Assembly (NCBI GenBank): GCA_965644295.1
Contig: CBFFRP010000200.1
Location: 188,876-252,875 of the forward strand
Direction: 5' to 3'
Source of the DNA: Paraphysomonas bandaiensis
Taxonomy: Eukaryota > Protista > Chrysophyceae
DNA length: 64,000 nt
Made by a program: the position numbers and the translations under genes. The notes beneath the pieces were generated by a model. The model ran no database searches. It saw nothing but the letters and a program-made list of their open reading frames with translations, and was not told the DNA's origin. Below are positions 35,784 to 48,966 of the stretch, one piece after another. Numbering within the stretch: position 1 is the stretch's first letter; each line of letters begins with the position of its first letter.

Positions 35784-36686
35784 ATGGATAGTAAACCCAA
35801 GAAGCCTTGGAGAAAAGACCGAGTTGCTGTGAAGCAGGAAAGGTTAGAAGCTGATAAAATACTCGGCTGCGGGAGAATTAAGACCCAGCGGTCCACAGCT
35901 ATGGCGATAGTGTTTTGCTATGAAGCAGATAACATCATTGATAAGCGGATTAGATCTTTGGACGGATTAGATGGTGCTGATGTATTTGCTGAGGCACAAC
36001 ACGCAGTAGATCGTTTTCGTCAGGCGGTAACGAATGATTCTTCAGAGTCGGAAGTGGAAAATGCTCGTTGCGCTGCGATGACTGCTCTTCGTGTAGCTGG
36101 TCTGGAGTCTGATGTGCGTACTGCCCTGCATCGGTCGCCACCTGGTAAGTGGCCGGTGATGCACGAAATTGTTCCTCGAGTGTGGTGCGGGGGTTGGGTA
36201 GCGCTAAATGATTCGTGTAGATCGCTTCGACAAAAAGGAATCACCCGCGTAATTTCCGTTGTGTCAGGAGAAAATAAACGTACACTTCCAGCCGACGTTG
36301 CTGTGGAGCATATGCATATTCCATGCCACGATAAGGTTGAGTCTAATCTCCTTCTCTATTTCCCAATGATTGTGAAGTTTATTGAGCGCTCCCTTGATCC
36401 CTGCCAAACAGGAGGTGAACAATCCGTGTATATTCACTGCGGGGCGGGTATTTCTAGGGCACCCACAGCTGTTATTGCATGGCTAATGTACCGGTATAAA
36501 CTGACTGCTGCTCATGGACTGGCGATTGTACGTGGTGCCAGGCCAATGGCAAGGCCTAATATTGGTTTCGTGAAGCAGTTAAAGGAATGGGAGGGAATCT
36601 TAAGTTCCAGCTCTTATGATATCACTTGTGACAGCGAGGTATCAGATGTTTTGTTAAATGTCATCGCCAAATGTGAAGACGTTTAA
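35784..36686 (+). CDS. Dual-specificity protein phosphatase
   Basis: VYIHCGAGISRAPTAVIAWLM...RPMARPNIGFVKQL; likely start MDSKPKK downstream of a (TA)n tract at ~35735-35760. Confidence 0.92.
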   Translation: MDSKPKKPWRKDRVAVKQERLEADKILGCGRIKTQRSTAMAIVFCYEADNIIDKRIRSLDGLDGADVFAEAQHAVDRFRQAVTNDSSESEVENARCAAMTALRVAGLESDVRTALHRSPPGKWPVMHEIVPRVWCGGWVALNDSCRSLRQKGITRVISVVSGENKRTLPADVAVEHMHIPCHDKVESNLLLYFPMIVKFIERSLDPCQTGGEQSVYIHCGAGISRAPTAVIAWLMYRYKLTAAHGLAIVRGARPMARPNIGFVKQLKEWEGILSSSSYDITCDSEVSDVLLNVIAKCEDV

Positions 36687-38482
36687 CTATCATTAAAAAA
36701 TTTGAAGCACACATAGCGAAACATGCCTGCATAACATGTAACTCTATCGTATCCGAATCACGCTGTGGTTGATGGGAATATATATATGTAGATGTCTATT
36801 TTTTGAAAATGTAGTTGATTTGTATTATTGTGACTAAGAGTCATTCGAGGATGACGGCCTTCTTGGCAGCCGTGTGTTTATTATTTTGTTCTGTACGTAG
36901 CTGCATTATATATTATGAAATTAACAAATACCTGTAAGTAAATTACGTATTTAAAATGCATGTGATTCGTTGATTTCAATACACATAACAGTATTACCAG
37001 AGAAGTATTCTTATTCCTTGATCGTGGAACTCTTGATAAATAGAGTTATGCATTGCTCTGGTTAGACTTCTGTCTTAAGTTGGGGATGTCGTATAGATTC
37101 ATACTGTATTATTATGAATATCAGTTGCTTCAAAGTAGAAATGCGTATCAGCTATTTACTTTTCTTTTAATTCGACACTGTCAACTGCTATACAGGCCTG
37201 CCAGAAATCTAACCACGTTGTTCCTAGAAGAATATACAACGTAATGATCTATATAGTAATCAAACGTTTACTACTGGGCCACCAGCATCACGAGCTGTAT
37301 CACGCGAATTGTAAAGTTGGAAAGCCTAAAGATGTCAAGATAATTGGTCGTTTGAATGGTACTCACATGAAGCAAAGGGACGTACCCTACACCCTGTACT
37401 AGTTGCAATACACTATGTATGTGGTTCTGGATTCAAATTGATATATACAAGATGATTAAATTGAATATATTTGCTTATAAAGTTAGTGTTGGTACTAGTG
37501 AGGCATGATACTATATCTAATGCATCAAGGATACATCACTAAATTGGAGTAATATTTATTACAGTGCACTGAATATAGTTAAAAGGGTGTAAAGAGGATG
37601 ACCTGATGGCATCACTTTTATATTCTATGTCTTGGCAGGTGCTCTGAAGAAGAATATCTCTGAAGCGGCAATATTACAATAGACCAGTGAAGTACTTGAA
37701 GTTGATCGGCGTAAACTTACGAAAAATATGTACTTTAAGACGTATTCCAATTGAACACATGAAGCTTGTAAGTACTTGCTGTTCTTTGATGGGTAACCTT
37801 ATATGCTTTGATGCTACCACACAATAGGAAATAATCAACAATCTGTACTAGAACAACTGTGAAGAAATCCGACCAAATAATGATATGGGTTAGCAACTTG
37901 CATCATGTACAAGCAACAATAAAGTATCACTCTGTGCGCTGATCCCTGACAAAATTTACTTTCTTCAGCAGGATAAAGATCCGACACAGACTGTGAAGAT
38001 GGACATGAATTGGTTGCTGGATACGTTAGTTCGTCATACCGCTGGACAGGCCCTCCTAGGCCCTCTGTTCTTCTCCACATTGCCTCGCTGATCACCTCCA
38101 ACCATGTCACCTATCTCCGCTCATGTTTTTCCTCCACTTCAGAGGCCAATAACACATGCTTTATTTCATATTATTACTGCAATCAATGCTGTGGCCTCAG
38201 CGCATATCCTCGTATCATGCTGATCCTGCATGTACATTATATGATATTGCTTATTTCCCTGAATATTAGCACTTTTCGCTTCTTTCGTCATAAAAATGCA
38301 GGTTTATAGCATAAAAAACATCATTGCTAACAAACTCGATCATTGTCCAATTGGTGTGTATGTATATGAGCAGCGGTGTGTGTGTGTGCTTTATATACGT
38401 GTGCGACAGTATCATAGTTGTGGTGTGGGCTTATTGATCAACGGCGCAGCTGCAGTGTTGTTAATATCAGTCATCATATAGA

Positions 38483-41406
38483 ATGAGGGGCCAATCTGCA
38501 CCTTCCTACACAGGCCGCTCTAGGAGGGGGCGATCATCCATAAACTCCGTGACCATTCTACTCACAGCGATGTGAGTGCTTATATACACGTATATATGTG
38601 TGTCTGAGTGGTTATTGTCGTACATAGGGTCATATTCGCAATATATGTATGTTTCTTCTATGCACCTGCAGTGGAGGTGGGCGCAGAGGTGGGGGCAGAG
38701 GTGAGCGCTGAGTTTATGGCCAAGACATCTTATGTGTACAACCGTCTGTCCTCTGGACCCTCCCTCAAAGAAAAGGTATGAACACGGAGATGTGTTTGGT
38801 CATTAGAGTCATAGTGTTCTGTAGATATATGGGATGATACCTAAGCATCCTGTGGAGTTAGATGCCAGTGTATGGAACAATTCAAAGAGTATGGGAAATT
38901 CAGGTAGAGAATCAGATAGGGATCTCCCTGATTGGTCGGAAGAACATCTATCACCGACGAGTATATCTATTAGTTCAGACCCTCTTATAACACTATGTCC
39001 TTTGAACTTTAAGGGATACTCACAATCGCCACATCTATTTCCCATGTTCAAGGATTTGGTGGGCAGTTCTCGCTGCTCAGGAGGAAGAACGCAACATAAA
39101 CGTGTTAGTGTAATACGGAAGGAGATCCAAGACGCATCTGGAACTCCGGCTGGCCGTGTGGTGTATCCCACTGCATTTTTCTTCCATGAAAGCAGAGTGG
39201 GGTCTACTCTGATTGCTAACTTACTTGGAAGTGATCCCTACAATATGGTGTTTAGCGAATCTGCACCCCCAGCAGAAGTGTTACTGCGATGTGAAGGGTG
39301 TAGTCACAAAAGGCAGCTGGAGGTGTTTCGTCAGGCACTGATGGTGATGGGCCGCAGCCCAGTTCATGAAAGACTGTTTTTCAAGTTCCAGTCTATCACG
39401 ACTACGAAGATAATGATTGCATTGGAGGTATGAGGGTCTAGTGTAGATGTATAAGATTGTCCTCATTATGTATTCATATCAATCGTTAGGCATTCCCAGA
39501 TGTACCTTGGGCTTTTGTGTTCCGTCAACCAGTGCAGACGATGATGTCTCATCTGGATCCACGGAAAGGAGGGGGTAGGAATGCGCCGTGCATGCGGTCT
39601 AGGAGGAAACCGCCAGCGAAGGTAAGCAACTCTCTCTCTGACAGCGCCCCTGATATCTCCGTTATATTCCAGGTAAAAGATGCCCTAAAACGCGTAGGGG
39701 CGTCAGCATCAGCTGATAAAGAGGCTTGGTAAGTCCATTAGATTACAATATTGCTCTAGATTATAAATGTACAGGTGCGCAGCTCACCTGAACATGCTGT
39801 GTGAGCACGCCGTAGAAGCCTACGAGAAATATGGCGTTTACGATGAGGCGTCTTTGCGGGCAAACTCTCAAGCAGTGCAAGATGGTGTAATTCGAGCTGG
39901 CAGGGCTCAGGTAGAAGTGGGAGCACAGAGAGGAATTCTTATTGACTACCAGAGCTTGCCTGGTATTATTCCCCGCGTAGTGCTTCCTCTCTTCGGAGTG
40001 GAACCATCTGATCAATGGGTGCAGAACATGATCACAGAGTCTCAAGAATATTCAAAGGGACGGGGTAAGGGGCCGAAGTCGGGAATATTCAAAGGAGATT
40101 CTGCTGACAAAGAGAAGCATGCAACGGATGCCATTGAGCAATGGGCTGAAAAGATACTTGCTCCAACCTACGACAAGATGTATGCAACTTTCAGAGGAGT
40201 GGTGGAAAAGGAGCTTTCCGAGCCTATTCCACGGCAAGAAAATAATGATATTGACTGGAACGCGGTGAAGATAATACCTTCGCGTGGATCACCTAAGTCG
40301 GTGTCAACATTTGGACTTCGACGAGAGACCTCAGCGGCGCGTCTACTCTACAACCCTTTTGAGTCGACCTATAACTCCACTCCCTTTGAGGTAATGTTCG
40401 TCGAGCATAGGTTTCGAAAGTATAATTACTGTATAATCTGATCTCTGTTTATGTTATTCACTAGTACACAGCATGTCCACCCACACCTGCGCCATCCTAT
40501 CCCGCGTCGTACCCGATGAAGACTATATTGGATCACTGGAATACGGATGATACGACAATACCACCTATGCACTATAGTACGCTCTGCCGGTTTGATTTCC
40601 AAACGGAGCAAGAGAAGGCGTTGGCCTATCGCAATGCGGAGGTCCCATTCATCACTTATAACCATCCAGGTGTGGATGAGGTACGTAGGAAGTGGGCGGA
40701 CTTTGACTACCTCAATTCACGGGTGGGACCTAGTACCACATACAGATCTGAGGTATCCAAGGACAACCACTTCATGTACTGGAGAAACGTGAGAGGCTTC
40801 ACACCCAATGATGGCTCAATATGGAAACCTCCAACTGGCCATGAATCCTATACCTTTGAGAACTGGCTGACACAGGCAGTTCGTGACCACAACAAAACAC
40901 TTGACGACCGGGATCATGTATACTTTAGAGTAAGTTCTTCAGGGCGTCGACACTGGCTTTTTGACGAGCTTCCGTTCTTCAAACCAGAGAAATCGTTATT
41001 CATTGTTGAGCCTAGCGAGCAGAGAGGAATTCACTGTCGTTTCGGGATGCGGTCTGTTATTGCAGAGTGTCACTTTGATGGCAGTCGTAATTTTGTTGCC
41101 AGCTTTGGGGGTTTACGAAGGTGGATAATTGCTCATCCTAATCAATGCAAGAATTTGGCATTGCTTCCACGAAAGCACCCTTCCGGCAGACACAGTGAGA
41201 TTGACTGGTCGAAACCTGATTATGATAAGTATCCACTTTTTAAGGACGCTCGTGCTTCTGAGATCATCATTAAGCCGGGCGAAGTTCTATATGTACCGAC
41301 GTTTTGGTTTCACTATATTATATCTCTTAACATTAACTTCCAGTGTAATACACGATCTGGTGTCAGTCATGAAAATGATAAAGTTATAAGGAAATGTGGG
41401 TTTTAA
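38483..41406 (+). CDS. Type II membrane protein: sulfotransferase-like P-loop domain fused to JmjC/cupin-like dioxygenase, multi-exon
   Basis: FFFHESRVGSTL and FRQPVQTMMSH (PAPS-binding-like motifs); intron 40391-40464 joins in frame to a JmjC domain with ECHFDGSRN...PGEVLYVPTFWFHYI (HxD...H). Confidence 0.8.
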
Positions 41407-42232
41407 TAAGTGAATAAAGTAGCTAGCTTGTGAGTTGATTGTGGTATAAAAATATTTTATTTCGGGATGTGATGTCTTGCAATTTGTACCGAATCGTATT
41501 CCATATATTTAGTGGACACTAGCACAATCGATACAAAATGAGGTAGAGTACTATGCAGCTATGCAGAATCGATCTATATGATAGTTAAAGTCAGCGTAGA
41601 GTGCGACTACATCAGTGCAGTTTATTGTTTACCTAACTATTCTTTTGTCTAATGTCTGTCTGACTCTTGATGCTCCCAGAATGAGAAGAATAAAGTAGCA
41701 TGAAAAGCCGAACGAAGTGATGGAGATAAAAAGTGCCCTAGCAGCATGAACAATGAAGTGCTAGGATTAATAAATATAATTCTTTCGTGAAAGTACGTTG
41801 TGTGCAACAAAGCAAATTGAAGATTCACGGTAGAGAAAGGTTAATTCAGTGTTTTCTAATACTAGCATGCAAATTTTGGGTGGATTCCGCAAATAAAGTT
41901 CTACTTACCATCTAATACTAAAGTTCGATAACAATAACAAATCCTTCAGTGTAACATCGTTTTGTAAATGACCTTTCTAAAGAGGGCAATATGCAGCATG
42001 TCCATAAGGTTACCTAACCTCTTAGACCTTCCACCTCTTAGCAATAGACATTCCAATGATAAGAAATGTTGCACAATGTCCGTTCAGGACCTTCTCGAGT
42101 TGTACCGTATGTCACTAATAAACACAATGTCATCCGTCTAACGCTGATTTCGTGGCTTTCATCTACAGAATAACTTTAATTAGGGTTTCATCTAGGGAAT
42201 CTTCAAAAATATCCCTTTATAGAGGAGATTGA

Positions 42233-42297
42233 CCCCTCAATATCAACGGACTCACACCTTTCAGTGGTTTTCTAAGGGATGAGTACCTGAGAGGCTC
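42233..42297 (+). mobile_element. Ribozyme-headed retroposon family, copy E (degenerate 5' head only)
   Basis: cccctcaatatcaacggactcacacctttcagtggttttctaagggatgagtacctgagag aligns with the 5' ~62 nt of copies B and D. Confidence 0.65.
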
Positions 42298-43024
42298 ATT
42301 TTATAGACAAAAGAAAATTATTCATCCTAATAAACAAGAATGTGTGTTTATACGGTAAACAACTCTGGGCTCTTATGCTGATATGTATAGGTGTGTATGT
42401 ATACATCTACAGGCTATAGACAATTAGCCCTTATGGAATGAGTTGATTACAGCATACCAGCATACTTCTTCCTCACTACCTCTACTATGATAGTATCATA
42501 TGTTCTTCTGAGCTTATGACGTAACAGTTGAGCTGTCTTCAGCGCTGACAGGTGTATGTATGTATATGCTATGAGCTTATTATCATACTCTACGCACATA
42601 CACAGTACCTATAGAGGGTGAAGATATACATGAGGATCGTAGACTATGCATGGATACGCTCCTGTATAGGAAAATACACGGAAATACCGTTCACAGAAGT
42701 CCACTTGGAATTCCTACATCCATCTAGAATTTTTTTCATGTGTCATATTACACACACTCCATACTGGTACTGTAGCTCTATATCACACACTCTGTATGTA
42801 TGCAGTAGCAGAGTACAGCAGTACACTGCTCCGTACACTGTCATAGTAGGTACACTATACAAACTCCACACAATCAGCACGTACAGTACATTCCACTGCA
42901 GTCACTGTAAGGAGTTACTGCACTGTAGCATATAAAACACAGTGTTTATTAGTTTGAACATATCGATCAGAGTTACTCTCTTACGTATAGTACAATATAG
43001 TTAATAGCACACTGGATTAGTGAC

Positions 43025-44071
43025 ATGTCAGCGCCCTATATCAACAGACGGGTCAGAGTAGTGGGTACATCCCAGCCCGAACTCAATAACCAGGAGGGTC
43101 GTGCTACGGCTTACAATACAGAAAAAATGAGGTATACGGTGTTGCTGGACAATGGGCGGTCAGTTGCTCTTAAGCCTGCTAATCTCAGCCCAGCAGGGTC
43201 AGAGGACGAAGACAGCGGACACTCTGGTATGGGAGGAGGATTCCCGGGTATGGGGGGAGGATTCCCAGGTATGTCGGGTATGCCCGACTTAAGTCAACTC
43301 CTAAATAATCTTCCGCCATGGTTGAGGACGATGTTGATGCGTGGCCAGCTACCTAGCATGGGGGATTTAGAACGCCTCTTGCCACCAGGCATTAATATAG
43401 TACATATCGGGATCCTAGTCGTGATATTTGTCCTAATGCTGTTCAAATTTGGACTCTTAAAGACAGGGCTACTTTTTGCTGTGTGTGGCTTCGTTGTGCA
43501 GGCCGGGTTTGGGGCCTACGTGCAGAGTGGTGGTGGGGTGGCAGGGATAAAAGCCGCCGGTGTTGCCATCGGAAGGCAGGCCTCTGCGAAGATATTCTCT
43601 GTAACCAAACAGCACATCTCTCCTAACTTATCTTTGGGAGCTGTGGGGGTGGCTCTCGTTGGAGTTCTATACTACACGTTCCTCACCGGGCAGGCCTCAC
43701 TGTCTCCATCTTCGTCGGCATACACCCGTAGCTACGGTATATCCCCAGCCGATGCGTACGACAGAGGGTATGAGGATGCACTCGCGGGACGCCCGCACAA
43801 CTACGCTGCCCATATGGATACCAAAGCTTTTGAATATTCCCCTTCCGCTGCTCCCACTGGTGGTGGAATGTTTAGTGCTATTGGAGGTTTTGGTATTGGC
43901 AAGCTGTTTTCGTTAGCGATTCTTGGAAAGCAGATATATAGTCTTGGATCAGTACCAGGTGGCGGTTGGAATATGAACTTAGCTATGGCAAATTTGGCCA
44001 ATCAGAGTACGTTGCAAAAAGTATTTTTGGCATTCATGGTCATGCGCTTGCTGGGTATGTCCCCTATATAA
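43025..44071 (+). CDS. Uncharacterised multi-pass membrane protein with N-terminal SH3-like beta domain and GGGFPGM linker
   Basis: Intronless 348 aa; RVRVVG...PELNNQEG...RYTVLL...LKPANL; several hydrophobic segments. Confidence 0.75.
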   Translation: MSAPYINRRVRVVGTSQPELNNQEGRATAYNTEKMRYTVLLDNGRSVALKPANLSPAGSEDEDSGHSGMGGGFPGMGGGFPGMSGMPDLSQLLNNLPPWLRTMLMRGQLPSMGDLERLLPPGINIVHIGILVVIFVLMLFKFGLLKTGLLFAVCGFVVQAGFGAYVQSGGGVAGIKAAGVAIGRQASAKIFSVTKQHISPNLSLGAVGVALVGVLYYTFLTGQASLSPSSSAYTRSYGISPADAYDRGYEDALAGRPHNYAAHMDTKAFEYSPSAAPTGGGMFSAIGGFGIGKLFSLAILGKQIYSLGSVPGGGWNMNLAMANLANQSTLQKVFLAFMVMRLLGMSPI

Positions 44072-44717
44072 TAACATGTCATAGTTTGATATATTGGTCC
44101 CTCCTATATTTTATTTCAACCTTGTTGCCGTATCAGAGTGTGGTATTTTGATATATGGTATGACATCTACTATTTAAGAAACAATATAACACCCCATTGT
44201 TGGGCTCAATCAGGGCTAGGGACAATATGTTGCAATAGTATCATTGAAAGCTAGCTTCTAACTTCCCATCAAGGATAATATAGCAATACTATACTAGCTG
44301 GTCCAACACTACTATAACAATATAATACGTTTAGTCTTAGATCTCATCACAATGACTACCTTAAATAACAGAAAGGAAGATAGTCTTATGTCTTATCAAG
44401 AAGGGCTATTAGGTATTCAAGCTGGCTGTTAAAAGTGCATCTTAAAAGAAAATGGCACGTATAGGAAGCAGAATATGGAGTTTGAAGTAGAATAGATATT
44501 TTCGAGAATAACACTTTCAATCACAACGTATAAATCGATTTCATCGTTATTAATAATGGCAGACAGATCATGATACGATGTGCAGAAGCGTTACCACCAC
44601 AACACTACGCTACTACATACCATACACAACAGTATGCCATTAAGCGAGAAATATTATGCCATTCACGCTCAATATATAATTCTCATTACGCACTGTTCCG
44701 CAGTAAGCAACTACACG

Positions 44718-47151
44718 CTAGTTGCATCCACATTTCTCCTTCATAGTCATCTTTCGATCGCCATCAGCAATCACAACAGCGCCGGCGCTTGTCATATTCT
44801 CCTTGCTGATTCCGGTTACTCCACGTCTATCCACACTGGATTTAATACGGGTTGTCATCTTCACAAACGCAGCTTCCACATTGTCTCCACTTAATGCTGA
44901 TGTCTCCATAAATGGTATTCCGAGATCCATGGCCAAATTTTCACCCTCTTCAGTTAAAACCTACACAAAAATTATATTCATATACAAGCTACGACACCAC
45001 AACAAAACAAAAGTACACATATACACTAATTTCACTAGGAATTACTATCACCTGTCTCTGACTCGAGTCCAAATCATTTTTGTTTCCTATGAGAATGGGC
45101 TCAATGTCTTGTCCACCAAGCTGCTTCGCTCGGTCGTACCAGGACCGAACATGTTCGAATGACTCTTTACGACCTAAACAGCAAAGTGAGCAGTGCTGAT
45201 GTATTGATACTTTTTAAGAAGTCTGATTCCATTTTAGTACAGCAATAATATATTGTGCAAACATTTTCAGTACTTATGTCATAGCATAGTAAGGCTCCCT
45301 GGGCTCCACGATAGTAGTTCGCCGTAATAGTTGAAAATCTCTCCTACAACATCACATCAGAGGCGTGAAACCCAGACACTTCTTTACTCATTCGAAGCTG
45401 AAATACTTTTAGCACTACGTTGCATCACAATTGTGCCAGCAAGAACTCGAGTGCAACACATATGATACATTGGTGGTACCTGTCCCGCTGTGTCCCAAAT
45501 CTCGAGTTTGCATATGGACCGTCCCACACGAATCATACGAGAATTGAAGTCAATTCCAATAGTTGAGGTATAACTTGGAAGAAATACGTTTTCTGAAAAT
45601 CTAGTGAGGATCGCAGACTTTCCAACGGCTTTAAACAAACGTGAGGTTATATTGTTACATCATCGCAGTCATGGCACCTGCATCTCCAATAATTAGAATC
45701 TTAAAACTATAGTCCGAGCTCGCCCCCTCTCCAACAGTAATATCCCTCGAGTCAAGATAGGCACTTAAGTCAAGAAATCGGATGTCATTGAAGCATGCCC
45801 CTTTTGCGTCGGTCCCACCAAACACATACGCAGTATTTCCTACAGTTGACAGTGAGCTATTCCCGATGGGAGTGGGTACTGCATTCTCCACGACGTTTAC
45901 GGTGGTGAAAGAATACGTCTCCACATCGAGAATAATGATGTCGTTAAGAAAAACCTATATCATAAAGTTACAATGCTAATTATGCGGTCTACATGCTAAG
46001 CAGGTATCATAGCAGCACACAATCAGATATACCGCGTATATCAATAGTTGCCACCAGCTTATTGCCCTCACCTCATCGCTTCTCTTTCCTCCAAAAATAA
46101 CGATTGAATGAGCACCAATTACCCCTGATCCGTGACCACTGCGTGGAAAGGGATTACCCCCCCTTAGCTCTGGGTGGGACCAGGTCATGGTATCCAAACT
46201 TAGCTCGTGAAGAGAGAGGTGCCGGGTGCCGTCACAGACGTCTTCGCCGTTGTCACTGCCTCCGAGAATTATGAGCTTACCCAGAAGACACTGCGCAAAA
46301 CGTTATAACCGCAACAACATAGGATTGTCTTGCATTGCCATTAAGGGCTAAAAAATGTGCAAATAATACACCACTTTCAATGCACTTGCCTCCGAGGTGT
46401 GCCTGTATCGAGGTTTGGGCTGAATACCAGATGTAATAGCCTCCCGCCACTCGATGTCTACATAATCAAATATCCATAACTCGTTAGTCGGCCGTTCTGT
46501 CCACCCTCCAAAAATCGCAATATCATTGGTGCCAATCTTGGATGCACTGTGTTCAGCCCTAGCATCTGGGCGCCTGGTCTTGTTCTGAATGATAGGCTTG
46601 GTCCATTTCCACGAGTCCGAGTTTAATTCCAAGAAATATATCTATATGCAGCAATATTATAAATTTTATGAACTATGAGATGATATATAGACTGAATTTA
46701 CCCCATTGTCAGTCTCCTCCGCCAGGTTTCTATTCTTTCCCTTACGGCGTCTGTTCATGAAGGCTCGTGTCATAAACGACTGCTCATTATCTGCATCTGC
46801 ATGCATGCCATCGGGCACCTCGAACTCAAAAGTGCTTAGCCCCACCATTCCCCCGTAGATCAGTATTCTAGGGGGATGCATTTCCACTAGTGTGGCGGAA
46901 TGACCATAACGACATCCGGGGTGGTCTTCTTGGAACTCAGATGCATTGTTTGGCGAACTCCACTGAAACGTAACAGTGTCGTAGATGAAAAGCTGACTAA
47001 TTGGCTCTCCGTTATAATTACACCCTCCATAAATCAGCAGCTTCGATCCAATCTGAGTGCAACTCTGAAGAAAGCACGGAGTGGGTGCATTCTTCTTATT
47101 TGCTTTTTTCATTTGCAGAAACTGCCATTGCACAAGTGGAAGACTGTTCAT
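44718..47151 (-). CDS. Kelch-repeat beta-propeller fused to a C-terminal Rab1/Rab8-like GTPase, multi-exon
   Basis: Six kelch blades (IYGG, IYGG, IFGG, ILGG, IFGG, VFGG), then FKILIIGDA|AVGKS, YTSTIGIDF, WDTAGQ|ERFSTITANYYRGA, GNKND, ETSA and C-terminal CGCN. Confidence 0.9.
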
Positions 47152-47670
47152 AATATAAAGACTTAATGTGCACAGCAAATACTAGACAAGAAATATTGCA
47201 ATGTTGTATAATGGACCCACAATGCGCATATGGGTAACTCCCTCCACTATATAATAGTGTTACTAGCTCTTCATAGGCAGCGTATTCATGCCATATCAAG
47301 CAGCGCAAGATTGGAAAAAAAACAGATATGAAGTGGGTCTTGTTTTTGTGGGTGGCTTCTAAACGTTCTCACTGTTGTTTTTGTGCAAATATTTACTCTA
47401 TTTCGTCACTTCTAGAGTACATCAATTTATCGGCATTTTTTCAAATATGTGGAGATTTTTCTACTAAAATTCGTTAATTTTATTATACAAAAGGGGTATT
47501 TTATATACAGCACCATCTCTATATGTATTTCACAGACCGCCCCTATGTATGCATTCATACGCAGCAGGTCAATATAACCCGGCAGGGTGTGATGTTCCAT
47601 ATGCAAGAATTCTATTCAATATCTATTGAGATATTTTGAGCTGCATTCTATTAGGAAAGCCGTGACTCTA

Positions 47671-48640
47671 ATGGATTTTCTATCATCTCCCGTTGTTGTT
47701 GAACAAGTCGCCCTCAATATAAAGGAATGTTTCGTGTATCGTGTACCTCCTCTTCGAAGCGCATCAGGACATAGGTAACACAGCTATATAAATAGAACAT
47801 AATAATGTCCATGATAGGGCTGAGGAATGGGGACTAGATAAACCTCTCTTTACGGGATATTTGAGAATATATCAAGCTGATACCAAACTTCGCATTGTGT
47901 TGTACCGTTATAAAGACGAGTCAACAATGTTATCAAGTGATGAAAACTTGGTACATTTTGCTGAATGTCCGATATGCATAAATCCGAAAGAAGATATTAC
48001 TCCTTTTGTAGATTCTGTAGCGGATTCATCGAGATATTTTGTGATAAGGTTCGTTCAACTGTGCTTTTTTAACAACGCAGTAACGGGCAAGTACAGAGTG
48101 AAAGATCCGAATTCTGATAGGTCCATTTCACTTGGCATTGGCTTCAGGGAAAGAGATACAGCATTTGATTTCAAAAATACGCTTAACGAGTATGTTCGAT
48201 ATATTGATCGCATGAGCGCTGCTGAGCAAATGCACAAGGAGGTAAGCCTTTTATGTTCAAAGTTTTTTTCTGACCGACATGTGACTTTGAAAGGTCGAGG
48301 AGTTGTCGCTAGAAGATGAGGTATGTTTTCAACGAATGCTTTTAGACTTGTAAATATACTTTAGCAGGAAAATGCTGCGGACACTGGTCCAGTCAAATGC
48401 ATGCGAGATCTATCTGTGAAAGAAGGGGAGAAAATTCATGTTAATGTTAAAACGCTTGGCACCCGCCGAGAAAAGACAAATAAGAGTGGAGGCGGATTGC
48501 GGGGTTTAAAACCCCCGCCTCCTCCAGGGTCAATAGTGAAGGCGCATGACCCAAGTGATGTGACTACTGCTAATTTAGACGGGGAGTCCCCCACGACTGA
48601 CTCAACAGATGATACAGAATGGGGTGACTTTACATCGTAA
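47671..48640 (+). CDS. NECAP: Adaptin ear-binding coat-associated protein (NECAP), multi-exon
   Basis: ECFVYRVPP...GHR|AEEW, FAECP, VADSSRYFVIR, LGIGFRERDTAFDF, LSVKEGEKIHVN, C-terminal WGDF. Confidence 0.93.
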
Positions 48641-48966
48641 TGGAATACCTACGTAGTGGCGTTGTAGTATTTAAAATAGTATCGTATTGGTACAAGTGTT
48701 GTTATTATCGCTTCTGTCAACGTATAATTCATTTTATAACAGGGTTACGATATTACAGTACGTTGTATACTCATTCGAATAGCTAGATGTTAGATGTAGA
48801 TTCCATACAAATTCCCAGAACATTATATAAGCTAACTATATGGATTAAATATTTATACACGATGCTTTTATCACTTTTTTCTTCATGGAACAAATATGTT
48901 AATTATGTCAAAATAGGTAGTCCGTTGTACATCTCTCATATTCTCATGTCTTCCCATGTTCGCCTT

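Noticed and set aside
36900-38300. Possible decayed gene or transposon fragments in this gap, also 41950-42200 and 58780-59100
   Set aside because: Only short interrupted frames; no motif, TIR or TSD that I can support.
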